A stretch of 64,000 nucleotides of DNA from Amoebidium appalachense (Eukaryota; Protista; Ichthyosporea), in the NCBI GenBank assembly GCA_963693365.1, contig CAVNZM010000002.1, positions 14,975,615 to 15,039,614 on the forward strand. Reading direction: 5' to 3'. The notes below the pieces were generated by a model. The model did no database searches, was not told the origin of the DNA, and worked only from the letters and a program-made list of their open reading frames with translations. A program made the translations under genes and the position numbers. Positions 50,419 to 64,000 of this stretch are shown piece by piece (the stretch's first letter is position 1; each line of letters starts with the position of its first letter).

Positions 50419-52771
50419 TTAGCAATCGGATTTTGGGGTGTCTGCACCTGTTTTTTCCTTCCCCGACAGGACCCCCCTCTTCACGCCGTCGTCTGTGGCG
50501 GCCCTCACGGCCTCATATGTCTGCATGAAGAACCATTGGGGGCCCACCAGATCGTAGATCTGGCCGCGATCCAGCACCCTGATCACGTTCTTGCTCGCGC
50601 CGGCCACGACCACGACAATGCCGTCGGCCTGGTGCTTCTCGATGACGCGGTGCAGGTGGCGCACAGCCGTGGCATCCACGTGGGTCACGGCCACAAAGTC
50701 CAGCACCAGATAGTGGATCTGGCCCTCGGGCTGCCCGACGTGCCTGCGGACGAGCTCGTTGACCCGGTCCAGCACCGTCACGACGTTGCCGAAGTAGAGC
50801 GGCGCATCGACCCGGAACGTCAGCAGCCCGGGGATGACCAGCGTGTTCTGGTGGCGCTTGACGTCGCGGTAGATGGTGGTCTGGGGGATACGCCCAAGCT
50901 CGGCCGTGTACGGGAAAGCCGACTCTGCAATGTTCAGGAGCAGCGCCAGGCCAATGGACACACCCAGGCCGATCTCGGCATTGACAAAGGCCGTGATGAC
51001 AAACGACGTGACCCACACCAAAAAGTCCTTCTTGCTGACACGCCAGGCCGTGGCCGCGCCCCACCAGTCAAACAGCCCAGCCACGGAGACGGCAATGATG
51101 GCGCCCATGGCGCTGCGGGGCATCAGCTCGAAGGGCTTTGTGAGCGCCAGCAGCACCACCATGATCAGGATGGAGGTGAACAGCCCCGACAGCTGCGTCT
51201 TGCAGCCCGTCATGTCCGCAAGCGACGACCGCGAGAACGACCCGGTGGCCGCATAGCCCCCAAAGATCGAGCCCACCACGTTGCCCACACCCAGGGCGCG
51301 CAGGTCTGCGTCGGGGCTGAAGGTGTAGTTGTTCTTCTCGGCCAGCACCTTGGCAATGGAGATGGACTCCATAATGCCCACCAGCGCAACAAGCCCGGCC
51401 AGCCGCAGCGTGGACCCAAGCGGGAAGTAGCTGCTGGTGAAGTGCTCCACTGTCACCTTGGGCAGCCCCGCAGGAATGTTGCCCACAACCTGAGTGGGTA
51501 GGTGTTAGCCAAATGCAAACAGGCTCTTAGCAATATTTCCAACCTATCGGGCACTGATAGCAAAACAAAAACACAAAAAGAGTTATCCAATGACCCGCTG
51601 TAACAAATAAACCTTGAAATTTGGTGCAAATACCAATTTCAGATTTAACAAATTTTGCACACCCAGATGACGTGTTTTTTTTTTTGTTAAACAGATTCTT
51701 TGTGAAACAGAAAAAAGAACGAAAGGGAAGGGCAGGCGCAAATATATTACACACCTTGATGCCCTTGGCCTTGAAATCAAAGGCGAAGCTGAAGAGAATG
51801 GAGAGCACCACGACCGTGATGGGCCCAAAATAGACCAGAATGCCCAGTTTCTTGCCCAGCGAGGCATTCCTCCTGGCAACAAGGGCCGGAATGTACTTTG
51901 CGCCCAGCAGAATGGCCAGCCAGGCCACAGACGTGGCCGTGGTGGCCCAGCTGATGGTGTTGCCGTACTTGACCCACGAATCGACGATGGGCACAAACTC
52001 CGTGGCCCGGCCCGAGTTGAGGCCGAGCATGTCCTTGACCTGCTGCATGCAGATGGTCACGGCGGCACCGGTGCAGAAGCCGGAAATGACGGCGTGGGAG
52101 AGGAAGTTTGTGAGGAAGCCGAGGCGGAAGAAGCCGATGAGGAACTCTATGACACCGACAAACATGGACACCTTGAGGGCCAGGATGCACATCTGGGCCT
52201 GCAGGGCCGGGTTCTCGGGCTTGTTGGCATCCTTGCTGGCGTAGCCGGCAATCTCCTGCAGGCCGTTGCCCAGCAGCAGCGAAATGACGGCCACAGGGCC
52301 CACGGCCAGCTGGGGGCTGGAGCCCATCAGCTTGTACACAATAACGGGCATGAAGGCCGCATACAGCCCGTACTGGTAGGGCAGGTTGGCCAGCCCGGCA
52401 TACGACATGGACTGCGGGATCAGCAGCGCCCCCACCGACAGCCCGGCAATGGCGTCGTGCCACAGCCACTCGCGCAGGTTGTAGGTGCGCAGCCACTTGA
52501 GGCACGGCAGGAAGATGGCCGCATACTCGAACGACCCGTAGCCGTCAAACTCCTTGTGCCACTGGTTGCGCGCCTTGGCCGCAAGCTCGGCAGTGTCGCG
52601 CTTCAGCTCGTTGATGAATCCACTCTGCTCCCTGCGCTCGTAGGGTTCGATGCCGGACGCATGGGGGTGAAGGTCATCGCTGGAGTTGAAAGCATCGCCG
52701 TTGTTTGTGACGGCAACAGCGACCTGATCCCCAAAGGGGGAGGCTGAGAGGTCTTTCTTGTCGTGCGCCAT
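50419..52771 (-). CDS. SulP/SLC26 sulfate transporter with C-terminal STAS domain, copy A (2 exons, 695 aa)
   Basis: Exons 52771-51755 and 51489-50419 (intron 265 nt). Motifs DAIAGLSVG..LIPQSMSYA.LA.LP..YGLY, GSSPQLAVGPVA, FRLGFLTNFLSHAVISGF, ATGSFSRS; STAS RVDAPLYFGN...LVLDFVAVTHVDATA. Confidence 0.95.
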
Positions 52772-54238
52772 CTTCCTTAACCTTAGAGTTTACCACTTCG
52801 TTGATGCAAATTACGCTTCGGAGGACAAAGTTTCGGAGACTTGCACAGTTTGTGTGCTCGCCGACTTGATCCGGAAGCAGGTGACGACTTGAATGGATAA
52901 ACGTTGGGTGTTCAGCTCCTTTATGTAATCGTCAAGGAATGAGGTTTGCAATAATCTAGGTGGGCATGCGGCAAAAAGGACTAAGTGACTATACACCAAT
53001 CGGAATTGTATTGGATTTGACTTCTGAGATGGCGCGTTTTCGCAACGCCATATGCAACCATTCGTTACATCCGTATCAGAGAAAACATGTAGATTTATTT
53101 TATAAATGACAGATTTTAGTTTTTATATTTATTAGCTGATTTAATTATCGGTATGTATATATTTCCTTATTTTTATTGCTCTTTATGGCACCCCGCACAC
53201 GTTCGCTTAGCTTGATTTGATTGGTTATTCGAAAAGCCACCTAATTTCAAAATGATAACGCATTTCTATTGGTTGCATGCACCATCCCAGGCATCCAATA
53301 GCATGGTTTTTCCATTGCGTTGAAAATAACTAGTGTTCGACTTCGTGTGCACGCCACATGTTGCTATGCATTCGATAACACGTGCACAGTGTCACACACC
53401 CCTTTCATTTGCCCACCTGCAAGAATTGTAGAACAGCTATCCTGCTTATAAAAAGTCCGCTGGTCAAGCGTGCGCACGCGTCCTGCTGTGAGAGTAGTCT
53501 GTGTCTTATATGCAAGTGGTGCAGGAGGCTGGCAGCCGGGCTCAATGCACTGATCGATCATATGGCCCACGACTTGTCCGACTCCGGTTGTCCACGCACC
53601 GTCCCGTGCCAGGTGTACACATGTACATACGTACCGTCGCATCATCACGTGCACAGTCTCCCAGGCCTCGCGAGGATGCACTGACTCAGCTGACTGCGGT
53701 GCATGTGCAATAGCCTACATTGAGCATGGGAGTCGATAATCTGTAGGACAAATTATCATACATTACAAACAACATGGGTATGTACTGCGTATCTAACTTG
53801 TATGCAACGTGACACAGTCATCTGGCCCTATGGAGGGCAGGTGATTGAAGCCTGTGGCAGTACTAGTGCCCTACTATTGTAGTCCTCGCGCGGACCCGGG
53901 GTACCCGGTGGCCCGCGGTGGGTGGGTGCCGGGGATTATAAACAATTGTGCATGTTATTGGATGTTAGAGAGATTACTATGTATATAAAGACAAAACTTT
54001 CAGGGAACAATCTAGTATTGCTCCTATCCCCGGGCCGCGCACTAGTACTATAGCCTGAGTATCGACTCTCTCTCTCCCTCTCCGATAGCAATTCTCTTTG
54101 AAAGGATCTCTCTCCCCACGAGTCTCGTGGCCTCCTTCTCTCCCCGAGTCCCCCACGCCCACCCCTCCTCCCTCTCCCTCCCCCTCCCCCTCTCTCTCTA
54201 TATCCCGGTCTCGAGAGCTCCCTTTCCTGATGATGATC

Positions 54239-54274
<36 letters not shown>

Positions 54275-54333
54275 AGATCTCTCTCTCTCACTCAGCTCTG
54301 ACACACACACACACACACTCTCTCTCTCTCACT

Positions 54334-54402
<69 letters not shown>

Positions 54403-54414
54403 ATCTCTCTCTCC

Positions 54415-54471
<57 letters not shown>

Positions 54472-55050
54472 GGCCCCCTTCTTCCCTCCCTCTCAGGCTC
54501 CCTCCCGGGCCCTCCCTCCCCCCTAAACCTAACACCTCTCTTTCTCTCTGTGTGTGCTCTCTCTATATAGTATCTCATGCAGGAGATCTCTAGCTCTCTC
54601 TCACCCACCCTTCTTCTTCTTCTTTCTCTATCTATTTGTGTTGGTGTGCACCGTGATATATCACGTGACTGTACTACATCTGGCTCCTACTCAGAGCTAA
54701 CAGCATTAATACAGTACTCTTGAATACATATTAGTTTACGGCATACATCGTAAATTTAGAGAAAACCTGTCCGAGCCTCCTACATACCGTATCATATATA
54801 CTAATGATATGCAGTCTGAACGTCTTCAATCGTGGAACTATAATGAGGCTGCCCGACCTTGGAATACATGTAACTGGCATACGTATCGTGGCAAGTACTA
54901 AAAGGCATGTACACAGTCGTCACACTCAAGCAGACCGACTCATCCGATACGTGACATCATGATGGGCACCGCCGTGCCTCAGCAGGCGCGAGGAAGATGG
55001 GAATGCATCACTAAATATGACACACATGTGTACACTGCACGTGGCACCGC

Positions 55051-55136
<86 letters not shown>

Positions 55137-55569
55137 ACACACACATACACACACACACGCACGCACGCACGCACACCCACACACGCACACACACACAACA
55201 CGGCGTGGCACACACACACACATTTTAACACTAGAAGATACACAGCTTGTGACCCACATTTTACATAAACACACACAAACACAAGACCAGTACTAGTTCA
55301 CATCCATTCCGGATCTGGGTCCACATGGGAAGGCACAGACACACAGGCTCCGCGGTTGACACAATTTGTGTATTTGAAATATAGATGCAGTGTCATGATG
55401 ATCACATATACAGATGCTTTGAACACACTGACACAAACCGTGAGACACACACACACACATGTACACACACACACACAGACACACACACACACACACATTG
55501 TACAACATACACACACACACACACACACACACACTCACTCACTCAGTCACACACTCACACACCACGTGT

Positions 55570-55607
<38 letters not shown>

Positions 55608-55653
55608 CACTCACTCACTCAGTCAGTCAGTCACACACTCACACACCACGTGT

Positions 55654-55692
<39 letters not shown>

Positions 55693-55747
55693 GCGCGCGC
55701 GCATTCACTCACTCACTCAGTCAGTCACACACTCACACACCACGTGT

Positions 55748-55788
<41 letters not shown>

Positions 55789-56127
55789 CGTGTGGCATAC
55801 TCATACACAGTGTGTGCACACACAAACACACGCACTTGATTCACTCACAGACACACGTGTCACACACACATTCACGGTACTGTACATACAACAAACACGT
55901 GACACACACACACGTGTACACAACACACGCACGTGTTACAAACTTTCTTGTGACACGCGTCCCAAATGGTTAAGTAAAGGCACCTGTGCACGTGCCCCGA
56001 CACATGGTGATCGTCGGACATGCCGACAGACACAAGACAAAAATTCACTGGAAATCCCCGCTATAGGGACAATAACTATAATCAACATGTGTACACAGCC
56101 ACACGGCATTAATCTTACTGTGCCACC

Positions 56128-56163
<36 letters not shown>

Positions 56164-56984
56164 CCCCCCCACACACACACCACCCCTCCCCCGGGCCCTA
56201 ACCTCCCCGGTGGCCTGCCACTGGCCACACACACATGTACAAACACACATAACGTCCGGATCACCACTGGCCAGTTTGTTCAAGTTCTTGGGGGTTTGTG
56301 CACCTTAATTCCGTGCCAATAGCACTCGCACTGCTCAGCTGAATCAAACTCTTTGAAACGAAACGAAGTACCTTTTTTGAAAAAAACACCAACACTGGAG
56401 CACCGTCTTGAATCTCTGCCGCTGCATGTCAGCGATACGAGTGGTGTGCCAACAATTTTGGATGTGTATAATAGCCACATTGGCCGAATGTGTGTGCAAC
56501 TGTGCATGTACAAGTCTGTAACTAAAGTTTCACAAGAAATTAAAGGTGACCACAGTAGCACCCTTGCTAGGTTACAGTCCGTGCTCAGTGGATACCCGGA
56601 GTTCCTATGAGAGACCCCTAAGGGGCTCCTCCGGGAACAAAACGGGATAGCAAAAAGAAACTGTAGGTGCATGCAATATTTCACCCTGAAGTGACAAAAT
56701 TTATTTGTGTTGTACAGTGTACAGTTCTGTTGTCCTTCAGAAACTGCGACCATATTTTCGTACGTGATCATTAAAAGCCGGTTGCGTGCCCATGCATGCC
56801 TGCGCGATCTGTGTGTGTTTGTGTGTGTGTGGCCCTTAGCGCTCTAGCTTTTGTTTGTATGGAAGGTGTGTTTGTGCCATTGTGTGTGTGCAGGTATTTG
56901 CGCAGTGTGGATAAATGAGTGTGTGTGTGAGTGCGCGAGTGCGTGACTCAATGAATGCATGTATTTGAGTGTGTGTATGTGTGT

Positions 56985-57034
<50 letters not shown>

Positions 57035-57214
57035 GGGGGGGAGGGGGGAGGGGGTCACGGTGTGTCAGTGTGTCTGTGTGTGTGTGTGTTTGTGTGTGTG
57101 TCAGTGTGTGTGTACACATCAGTGTGTGTGTGTGTGCGCTCATGCAATGTTTGTGCACGTGACACTGTGTGCCAGGGTGTGATTGTGTGGGCAAGTTTGT
57201 GTCTGTGTGAGTGA

Positions 57215-57258
<44 letters not shown>

Positions 57259-57741
57259 ACGTGTGTGCATGCGTGTTTGTGTGTGTGTTCATGTGTGTTG
57301 CACATGTGTGCACACATATGTCATATATAAGTGATGTGTTTGTGTGTGTGCGCGCGCGCTTGTGTGCGTGTGTCGATGTGTTTGTGTATGTGTGGATCTG
57401 GGGGGTGCGTACTGCGGTATATAGTTCATTTTTATCCACTTTACACCAAAAAGCAATTAAATCACTGTATCACTGTATGCATATGCGTACAGCTCGAGGC
57501 TATTCGTATACTACTGTGTGCCGCAAGCTTGTGAACGTGTGGGTACACTACAAAGTGTATAGTGCATCTGACCGAGGGAGTATGATTACATCATGACGAT
57601 GCATACACATATATATGCCACGGTTTGTGTGGCACAAATGCTTTTGTTAGGTAAGTTGGGCCGGTTGTGAATATAGGCAAGTGTGTGAACAGGTATATGG
57701 ACAGGAGTCTGCCTGTCTGCCTGCCGCAAGTGTGTGTGTGT

Positions 57742-57772
<31 letters not shown>

Positions 57773-60700
57773 ACACTTTTTGAGTGTGAGTGTGAGTGAA
57801 TTAATGAGTGTGTGCGTGTGCGTGTGCGTGTGTGTGTGATATTTGTGTGTGTGTGTGTGTGTGTGTGCCCCCACGTGTGCGTTTGAGTGTGCATCTGTGC
57901 GTGCGTGTGTGTGCCTATGTGTGGATCTGTATGTGTGATGGTGTGAGCATGAGCATGTGTGACACTTTTGAGTGTGAGTGTGAGTGAATGAGTGAGTGTG
58001 TGCATGTGCGTGTGTGTCTGCGTGTGTGTGTGTGTGAGTGACATTTGTGTGTGTGTGTGTGTGTGCGTACGTGGGTGTGGCCCCCACGTGTGCGTTTGAG
58101 TGTGCATCTGCGCGTGCGTGTGTGTGCCTATGTGTGGATCTGTATGTGTGATGGTGTGAGGATGAGCACGTGCAAGTGCAAGCATCTGTGGTGCGCACGC
58201 ATGTCCATGCACCATGGTAGTACTACGATGTGCACATCTTGGTTTCAGGTCCACCCATGGGTGACTTGCCATTCCCCATGGCAACGGATGCCCAAGATGT
58301 CATAGCACGCTAACACTCAGCAATCATTTTCACAACTATTATTCGTCGAAAAAGTGCGTGCACGCCAGGTGTGCAGGAATACTATGCTAATCACTCTGAT
58401 GGCCAATGATACTCACTCTGACTTGTGTAGGCAGCCTGTAAGCCAACCAACACCAACGGCTGGTGGGTTGTTGGCGATGCATACGTAGCATATGGGAAAC
58501 AAAAGCCCTACAGAAGTGTGTCGTCTTGTTTTCATAGTTTATGCTTGTCTTTATTTCGTTCCAACCAGCTTGTCACTGCCAATGCGAACGCGAGGAGGGA
58601 CGCATGCCCATCGCCGCCATCACATGTAAGGGCTTTGATTAAATGTGCGGTTGCCAATCCCCAAAGCAGAAATGAAGTATGGAGCTGAAAACCCATACGC
58701 ATAGCTCCGTACCTGCGTAGGTATACTTACAATTTGCCCCTTCTTGTATGTGAAGACAGTACCTATGAACTGACTAACACTACTTGTACCGAGAGGTACT
58801 ACTGAAGGAAAGAACAACTCTGAACAAGTCCCGTGCCGCCTCACTTTCTTTCAGACTCAGTTCAAAGCGTAATGGATGTGGCTTTTCATTGGCTATCTTT
58901 TACCCAATGGGAAACAAGATCAATTATTTTGAATCGTAGCGGCTAACAAATCTTGAAATGAGAAATCTTGAAATGAGAAATATAGAAAGGATTTTATAAC
59001 TAAATGCAATGAACTCGGCGGTTTAGCCCTCTAATATGATATTTAGTGAGATATTTAAAATGAAATGATGAACAAGTCAGAATTTCTTGAAATATATTCT
59101 TCACTATGAAAGCTACTCCGTTATCATATATATGTCACATGAGGCCACATAAACACAAGTGTTCATGTATATCTTTTTAGTACAGTTAGTAAATCAACTC
59201 ATGAAAATACAATGGTTCACAAGATAGGGCTAGGAATAAAACTTCGTCTGAATGCATATGCTTAGCCAGATGCTTACACTGAGATGTTTTATTTGCAGGC
59301 ATTTTAGGTCTTTCCTATTGGAGTACAATCACGCTAATTGTAATGCCGCTTTTTAAATACCATCCCAATTATATAAACAGTCTGCATCAGCTGTGGAGTT
59401 CATTACTTCACCACCTCGGCAGCTGCGGCAGGGACAACCACACATTGCGGATTTGGCCCATAAAGTTTTCTCGCCGATCAAACCGTTTTCGGTGCCGCAA
59501 GCAGATAAACAGTTGCTCGCCGGGTGTACACGTGAAGGTGCATACCTTATAGTGGAAAATGGCGAATAATTTCCGTGACGAGAAGAAGGCGCTGTCCGCC
59601 GTTGATACGGATGGGTTTGTGGGTGAGCAGACCACAATTGCTGTTGCCAACTCCGATTTATATGCCTCCGGCGACGATATTAGCATAGGCCGCGAACAAT
59701 ACGAGCGCCGGGAGCAGAGTGGATTCATCAACGAGCTGAAGCGCGACACTGCCGAGCTTGCGGCCAAGGCGCGCAACCAGTGGCACAAGGAGTTTGACGG
59801 CTACGGGTCGTTCGAGTATGCGGCCATCTTCCTGCCGTGCCTCAAGTGGCTGCGCACCTACAACCTGCGCGAGTGGCTGTGGCACGACGCCATTGCCGGG
59901 CTGTCGGTGGGGGCGCTGCTGATCCCGCAGTCCATGTCGTATGCCGGGCTGGCCAACCTGCCCTACCAGTACGGGCTGTATGCGGCCTTCATGCCCGTTA
60001 TTGTGTACAAGCTGATGGGCTCCAGCCCCCAGCTGGCCGTGGGCCCTGTGGCCGTCATTTCGCTGCTGCTGGGCAACGGCCTGCAGGAGATTGCCGGCTA
60101 CGCCAGCAAGGATGCCAACAAGCCCGAGAACCCGGCCCTGCAGGCCCAGATGTGCATCCTGGCCCTCAAGGTGTCCATGTTTGTCGGTGTCATAGAGTTC
60201 CTCATCGGCTTCTTCCGCCTCGGCTTCCTCACAAACTTCCTCTCCCACGCCGTCATTTCCGGCTTCTGCACCGGTGCCGCCGTGACCATCTGCATGCAGC
60301 AGGTCAAGGACATGCTCGGCCTCAACTCGGGCCGGGCCACGGAGTTTGTGCCCATCGTCGATTCGTGGGTCAAGTACGGCAACACCATCAGCTGGGCCAC
60401 CACGGCCACGTCTGTGGCCTGGCTGGCCATTCTGCTGGGCGCAAAGTACATTCCGGCCCTTGTTGCCAGGAGGAATGCCTCGCTGGGCAAGAAACTGGGC
60501 ATTCTGGTCTATTTTGGGCCCATCACGGTCGTGGTGCTCTCCATTCTCTTCAGCTTCGCCTTTGATTTCAAGGCCAAGGGCATCAAGGTGTGTAATATAT
60601 TTGCGCCTGCCCTTCCCTTCCGTTCTTTTTTTCTGTTTCACAAAGAATCTGTTCTTTTTTCTGTTTCACAAAGAATCTGTTTAACAAAAAAAAAAAAAAG

Positions 60701-61956
60701 ATGTTATCTGGGTGCGCAAAATTTGTTAAATCGGAAATTGGTATTTGCACCAATTTTCAAGGTTTATTTGTTACAGCGGGTCATTGAATAACTTTTTTTG
60801 TGTTTTTGTTTTGCTATCAGTGCCCGATAGGTTGGAAATATTGCTAAGAGCCTGTTACAAATTTGCAGATTTTTTGGGAATAATTTTGCCACATGCATTT
60901 GGCTAACACCTACCCACTCAGGTTGTGGGCAACATTCCTGCGGGGCTGCCCAAGGTGACGGTGGAGCACTTCACCAGCAGCTACTTCCCGCTGGGGTCCA
61001 CGCTGCGGCTGGCCGGGCTTGTTGCGCTGGTGGGCATTATGGAGTCCATCTCCATTGCCAAGGTGCTGGCCGAGAAGAACAACTACACCTTCAGCCCCGA
61101 CGCAGACCTGCGCGCCCTGGGTGTGGGCAACGTGGTGGGCTCGATCTTTGGGGGCTATGCGGCCACCGGGTCGTTCTCGCGGTCGTCGCTTGCGGACATG
61201 ACGGGCTGCAAGACGCAGCTGTCGGGGCTGTTCACCTCCATCCTGATCATGGTGGTGCTGCTGGCGCTCACAAAGCCCTTCGAGCTGATGCCCCGCAGCG
61301 CCATGGGCGCCATCATTGCCGTCTCCGTGGCTGGGCTGTTTGACTGGTGGGGCGCGGCCACGGCCTGGCGTGTCAGCAAGAAGGACTTTTTGGTGTGGGT
61401 CACGTCGTTTGTCATCACGGCCTTTGTCAATGCCGAGATCGGCCTGGGTGTGTCCATCGGCCTGGCGCTGCTCCTGAACATTGCAGAGTCGGCCTTCCCG
61501 CACACGGCCGAGCTGGGGCGCATCCCCACCACCACCATCTACCGCGACGTCAAGCGCCACCAGAACACGCTGGTCATCCCCGGGCTGCTGACGTTCCGGG
61601 TCGATGCGCCGCTCTACTTCGGCAACGTCGTGACGGTGCTGGACCGGGTCAACGAGCTCATCCGCAGTCACGCCGGGCAGCCCGAGGGTCAGATCCACTA
61701 TCTGGTGCTGGACTTTGTGGCCGTGACCCACGTGGACGCCACAGCCGTGCGCCACCTGCACCGCGTCATCGAGAAGCACCAGGCCGACGGCATTGTCGTG
61801 GTCGTGGCCGGCGCGAGCAAGAACGTGATCAGAGTGCTGGATCGCGGTCAGATCTACGATCTGGTGGGCCCCCAGTGGTTCTTCATGCAGACATATGAGG
61901 CCGTGAGGGCCGCCACAGACGACGGCGTCAAGAGGGGGGTACTGTCGGGGAAGGAA
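50455..61956. repeat. About 2.2-kb inverted duplication (arms 50455-52642 and 59700-61956) around a 7-kb spacer
   Basis: Near-identity begins at codons YERREQSG and ends at LSGKE in both SulP copies, and includes the intron. Confidence 0.92.
57770..58160. repeat. About 200-bp tandem duplication within a TG-rich tract
   Basis: gtgacacttttgagtgtgagtgtgagtgaat...ccccacgtgtgcgtttgagtgtgcatctg...cctatgtgtggatctgtatgtgtgatggtgtgag occurs twice. Confidence 0.8.
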
Positions 61957-61998
61957 TCTGCAAGAACCCCATCGAGTGTTGGTAGCCCGAGCTTGTAG
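59559..61998 (+). CDS. SulP/SLC26 sulfate transporter with C-terminal STAS domain, copy B (2 exons, 701 aa)
   Basis: Exons 59559-60587 and 60922-61998 (intron 334 nt; CTAAC branch point at 60903); same motifs as copy A; TATA-like tatataaa at about 59380. Confidence 0.95.
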
Positions 61999-63114
61999 AG
62001 TCCAAAGGCGTACAAGTTCGAGTAGATGTGGGTGGTGATGGTTTGGTAAATGTAAGTAACTGTATACGCTATGCGGTAAATCGAGATGTATATTATGTGC
62101 TGGCAACAAAACATGAGAACTGGTGATGAAGTTAATGGTTAACTGCTTGTGGCTGGATCACGAGCTAAATATTAATCATAGGGGTTTTTTGAAACTCTTA
62201 AATACAGTAGATCATGCACGAAGTAAAAAGACATCACTGAATCGTATTTGTCAATGCGGCTCGTTGCCGGTGTGTTACTATTCTTATGCCTTGCCGTTGC
62301 CACCCCCAAAAAGCCTGTGGACTGAACTGGGTTAGATATTCGTGGGACGTGTATGTATGTGTGTGTGCACACACAGAGGTGTGTTTGTGTGTTTGTGTAT
62401 ACGTGTGTGTGCGCGCGCTGTGCTGTGCTGTGCTACGTCTGCGTGTTGCAGGGCGTGTCCGAGGTGTTACTATTAACATCAAGCTTTTCTAGGTTGTGAG
62501 TGATTCTCACCACAAACATGTACATGTCCCCGCGGATGGAGTGGAGGGGGGGGGGGGGGTTGCACACATTGGGTGTACATCGGGGAGTTTACTGTGTGTA
62601 CACATGTGGGCTTCGCATCTGGTGTGTCCACTGATGTGGGTTGTGCGCCGGTCGGTGGTTCACCGTGCACGTGAAGATTGTACACCTTCTTTCACGGTTA
62701 TGTACATGCTGTGTGTCTGTGTATGTTTATGTGTATGTGCATAGACACAATGGCGACACATGGCGAGTAATTATTACAAAATGCTCCGGGGGGGGGGGGG
62801 GGAGGGGAGGGGGGGAGGGGGGGGGGGGGGGGGGCGGAGGAACCTTTCAGTATTTGTATTTTGTAAAATGTGTGTGCTTCTAATAAGGTGGGTGCGGGTG
62901 CGGGTGTTTGCGCGCGCGCGTGTGGGTCGTATGCGTACGGTGGATGTTTGCGCACACTGAATACGTGCTTTCGGAAGTTCGGTACATGTGCACTTGGTGA
63001 TTATCGTGTGTCTGTGTGCGCACATGTGCATGTGCGTAGAGATTTGTTATATAGATATGGTTCTCCATTTTCATAGACTCACCTTGCTGCCCTCTCCCCC
63101 TCGAACTTAACCCG

Positions 63115-63150
<36 letters not shown>

Positions 63151-63206
63151 CCTTATTGTGGAGGGGCGGAAGGAGGAATATGGGGAAGGGGGGGCCACTT
63201 TAATTG

Positions 63207-63241
<35 letters not shown>

Positions 63242-63283
63242 GGGGGGATTAGTTAGGATAGGGTAGTGTGTTTTTGTGTGTGT

Positions 63284-63332
<49 letters not shown>

Positions 63333-63448
63333 GGTGGTGGAGGCCGGAGAGGTATCGGGCATCATGTGGGCAAGCACGATGGTGGAGCAGAAAGAATCCT
63401 ACAGGCTGACAGTGTCCAGATGTGTGCTTAAGCATCGGATTGTAGACC

Positions 63449-63483
<35 letters not shown>

Positions 63484-63957
63484 ACGAGAGAGAGAGAAAG
63501 AAGGGGCCAGTTTATGTACGTAGGAGTAACCAGGAAACATTCCTACTCATTGAATTTAGTTTTTACTGTATTATTCTTAGGAACACGGGAAACAATACAG
63601 GAATCTTTCCTATAGTATCGATTTCACGAATTTGCCCCTTCGGACCCCGTCCCCAGTACACCATGACTACAAGTATTGCACCTGGAAAAGTATAATGTAG
63701 GACACCAATTGTATCCATTATCTATTGGCTAAACGTATTATATAATAGGGTTATGATCCTGCCAGCCTTCACTCTATACTTTGTAGTAATACTCTATAAA
63801 TAAATATAAATGAACAGGATAGACTTAATAGCAAGCTCTCTGTAAATACATCTTGAAAGGAAGCATACAACCTTAAAAAAAAAAAAAGGAGCCCTAAGGT
63901 CCTCGATAGATAAAATGGGTATAGAAGGAAACTTGTAGGCAGATAGAAAGTTGTGCA

Positions 63958-64000
<43 letters not shown>

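Noticed and set aside
56280-56771. Minus ORF with FKEFDSAEQCECYWHGIK resembling a PH-domain terminal helix
   Set aside because: No consistent exon chain or further domain motifs could be built.
50380-62109. Long antisense and off-frame ORFs over the SulP genes (e.g. 50380-51501, 59658-60641, 60910-62109)
   Set aside because: Shadow ORFs caused by high GC3 of the real CDS.
63331-63452. Unique island EVVEAGEVSGIMWASTMVEQKESYRLTVSRCVLKHRIVDPE
   Set aside because: No clear splice sites or family motif; cannot be supported as an exon.

Overview
Eukaryotic nuclear DNA, not prokaryotic, from an intron-rich genome whose introns are filled with poly-G/poly-C, (CA)n and (GA)n tracts. Most of the supplied ORF track is microsatellite noise, so genes were rebuilt by hand from GT-AG exons. 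Left to right: (1) 5' part of a Pro-rich type I metacaspase (-, continues off the left edge); (2) an intronless type I membrane protein with a 1-nt frameshift; (3) an isolated CENP-B/Tc5-type HTH exon; (4) a multi-exon gene for a membrane-anchored protein ending in calpain domain III (C2L) with no protease core; (5) a 5'-truncated non-LTR retrotransposon plus an older 3' relic; (6) a hypothetical gene and a fold-back repeat; (7) a RUS1/DUF647 gene (-) head-to-head with a 17-exon UTP15 gene (+); (8) two inverted, divergently transcribed SulP/SLC26 sulfate-transporter paralogs with a gene-conversion mosaic. Two TTAA-flanked MITEs lie in introns. Best leads: the SulP inverted pair (identical exon cores, diverged ends and intron, possibly invertible spacer); green-algal-type signatures in three genes beside an opisthokont-type UTP15 (possible HGT, from recalled family signatures only); C-run/G-run polarity of introns that lack polypyrimidine tracts; and the protease-less calpain-III membrane protein. 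Homopolymer lengths and single-base frameshifts may be assembly errors. The host taxon cannot be established from this window.
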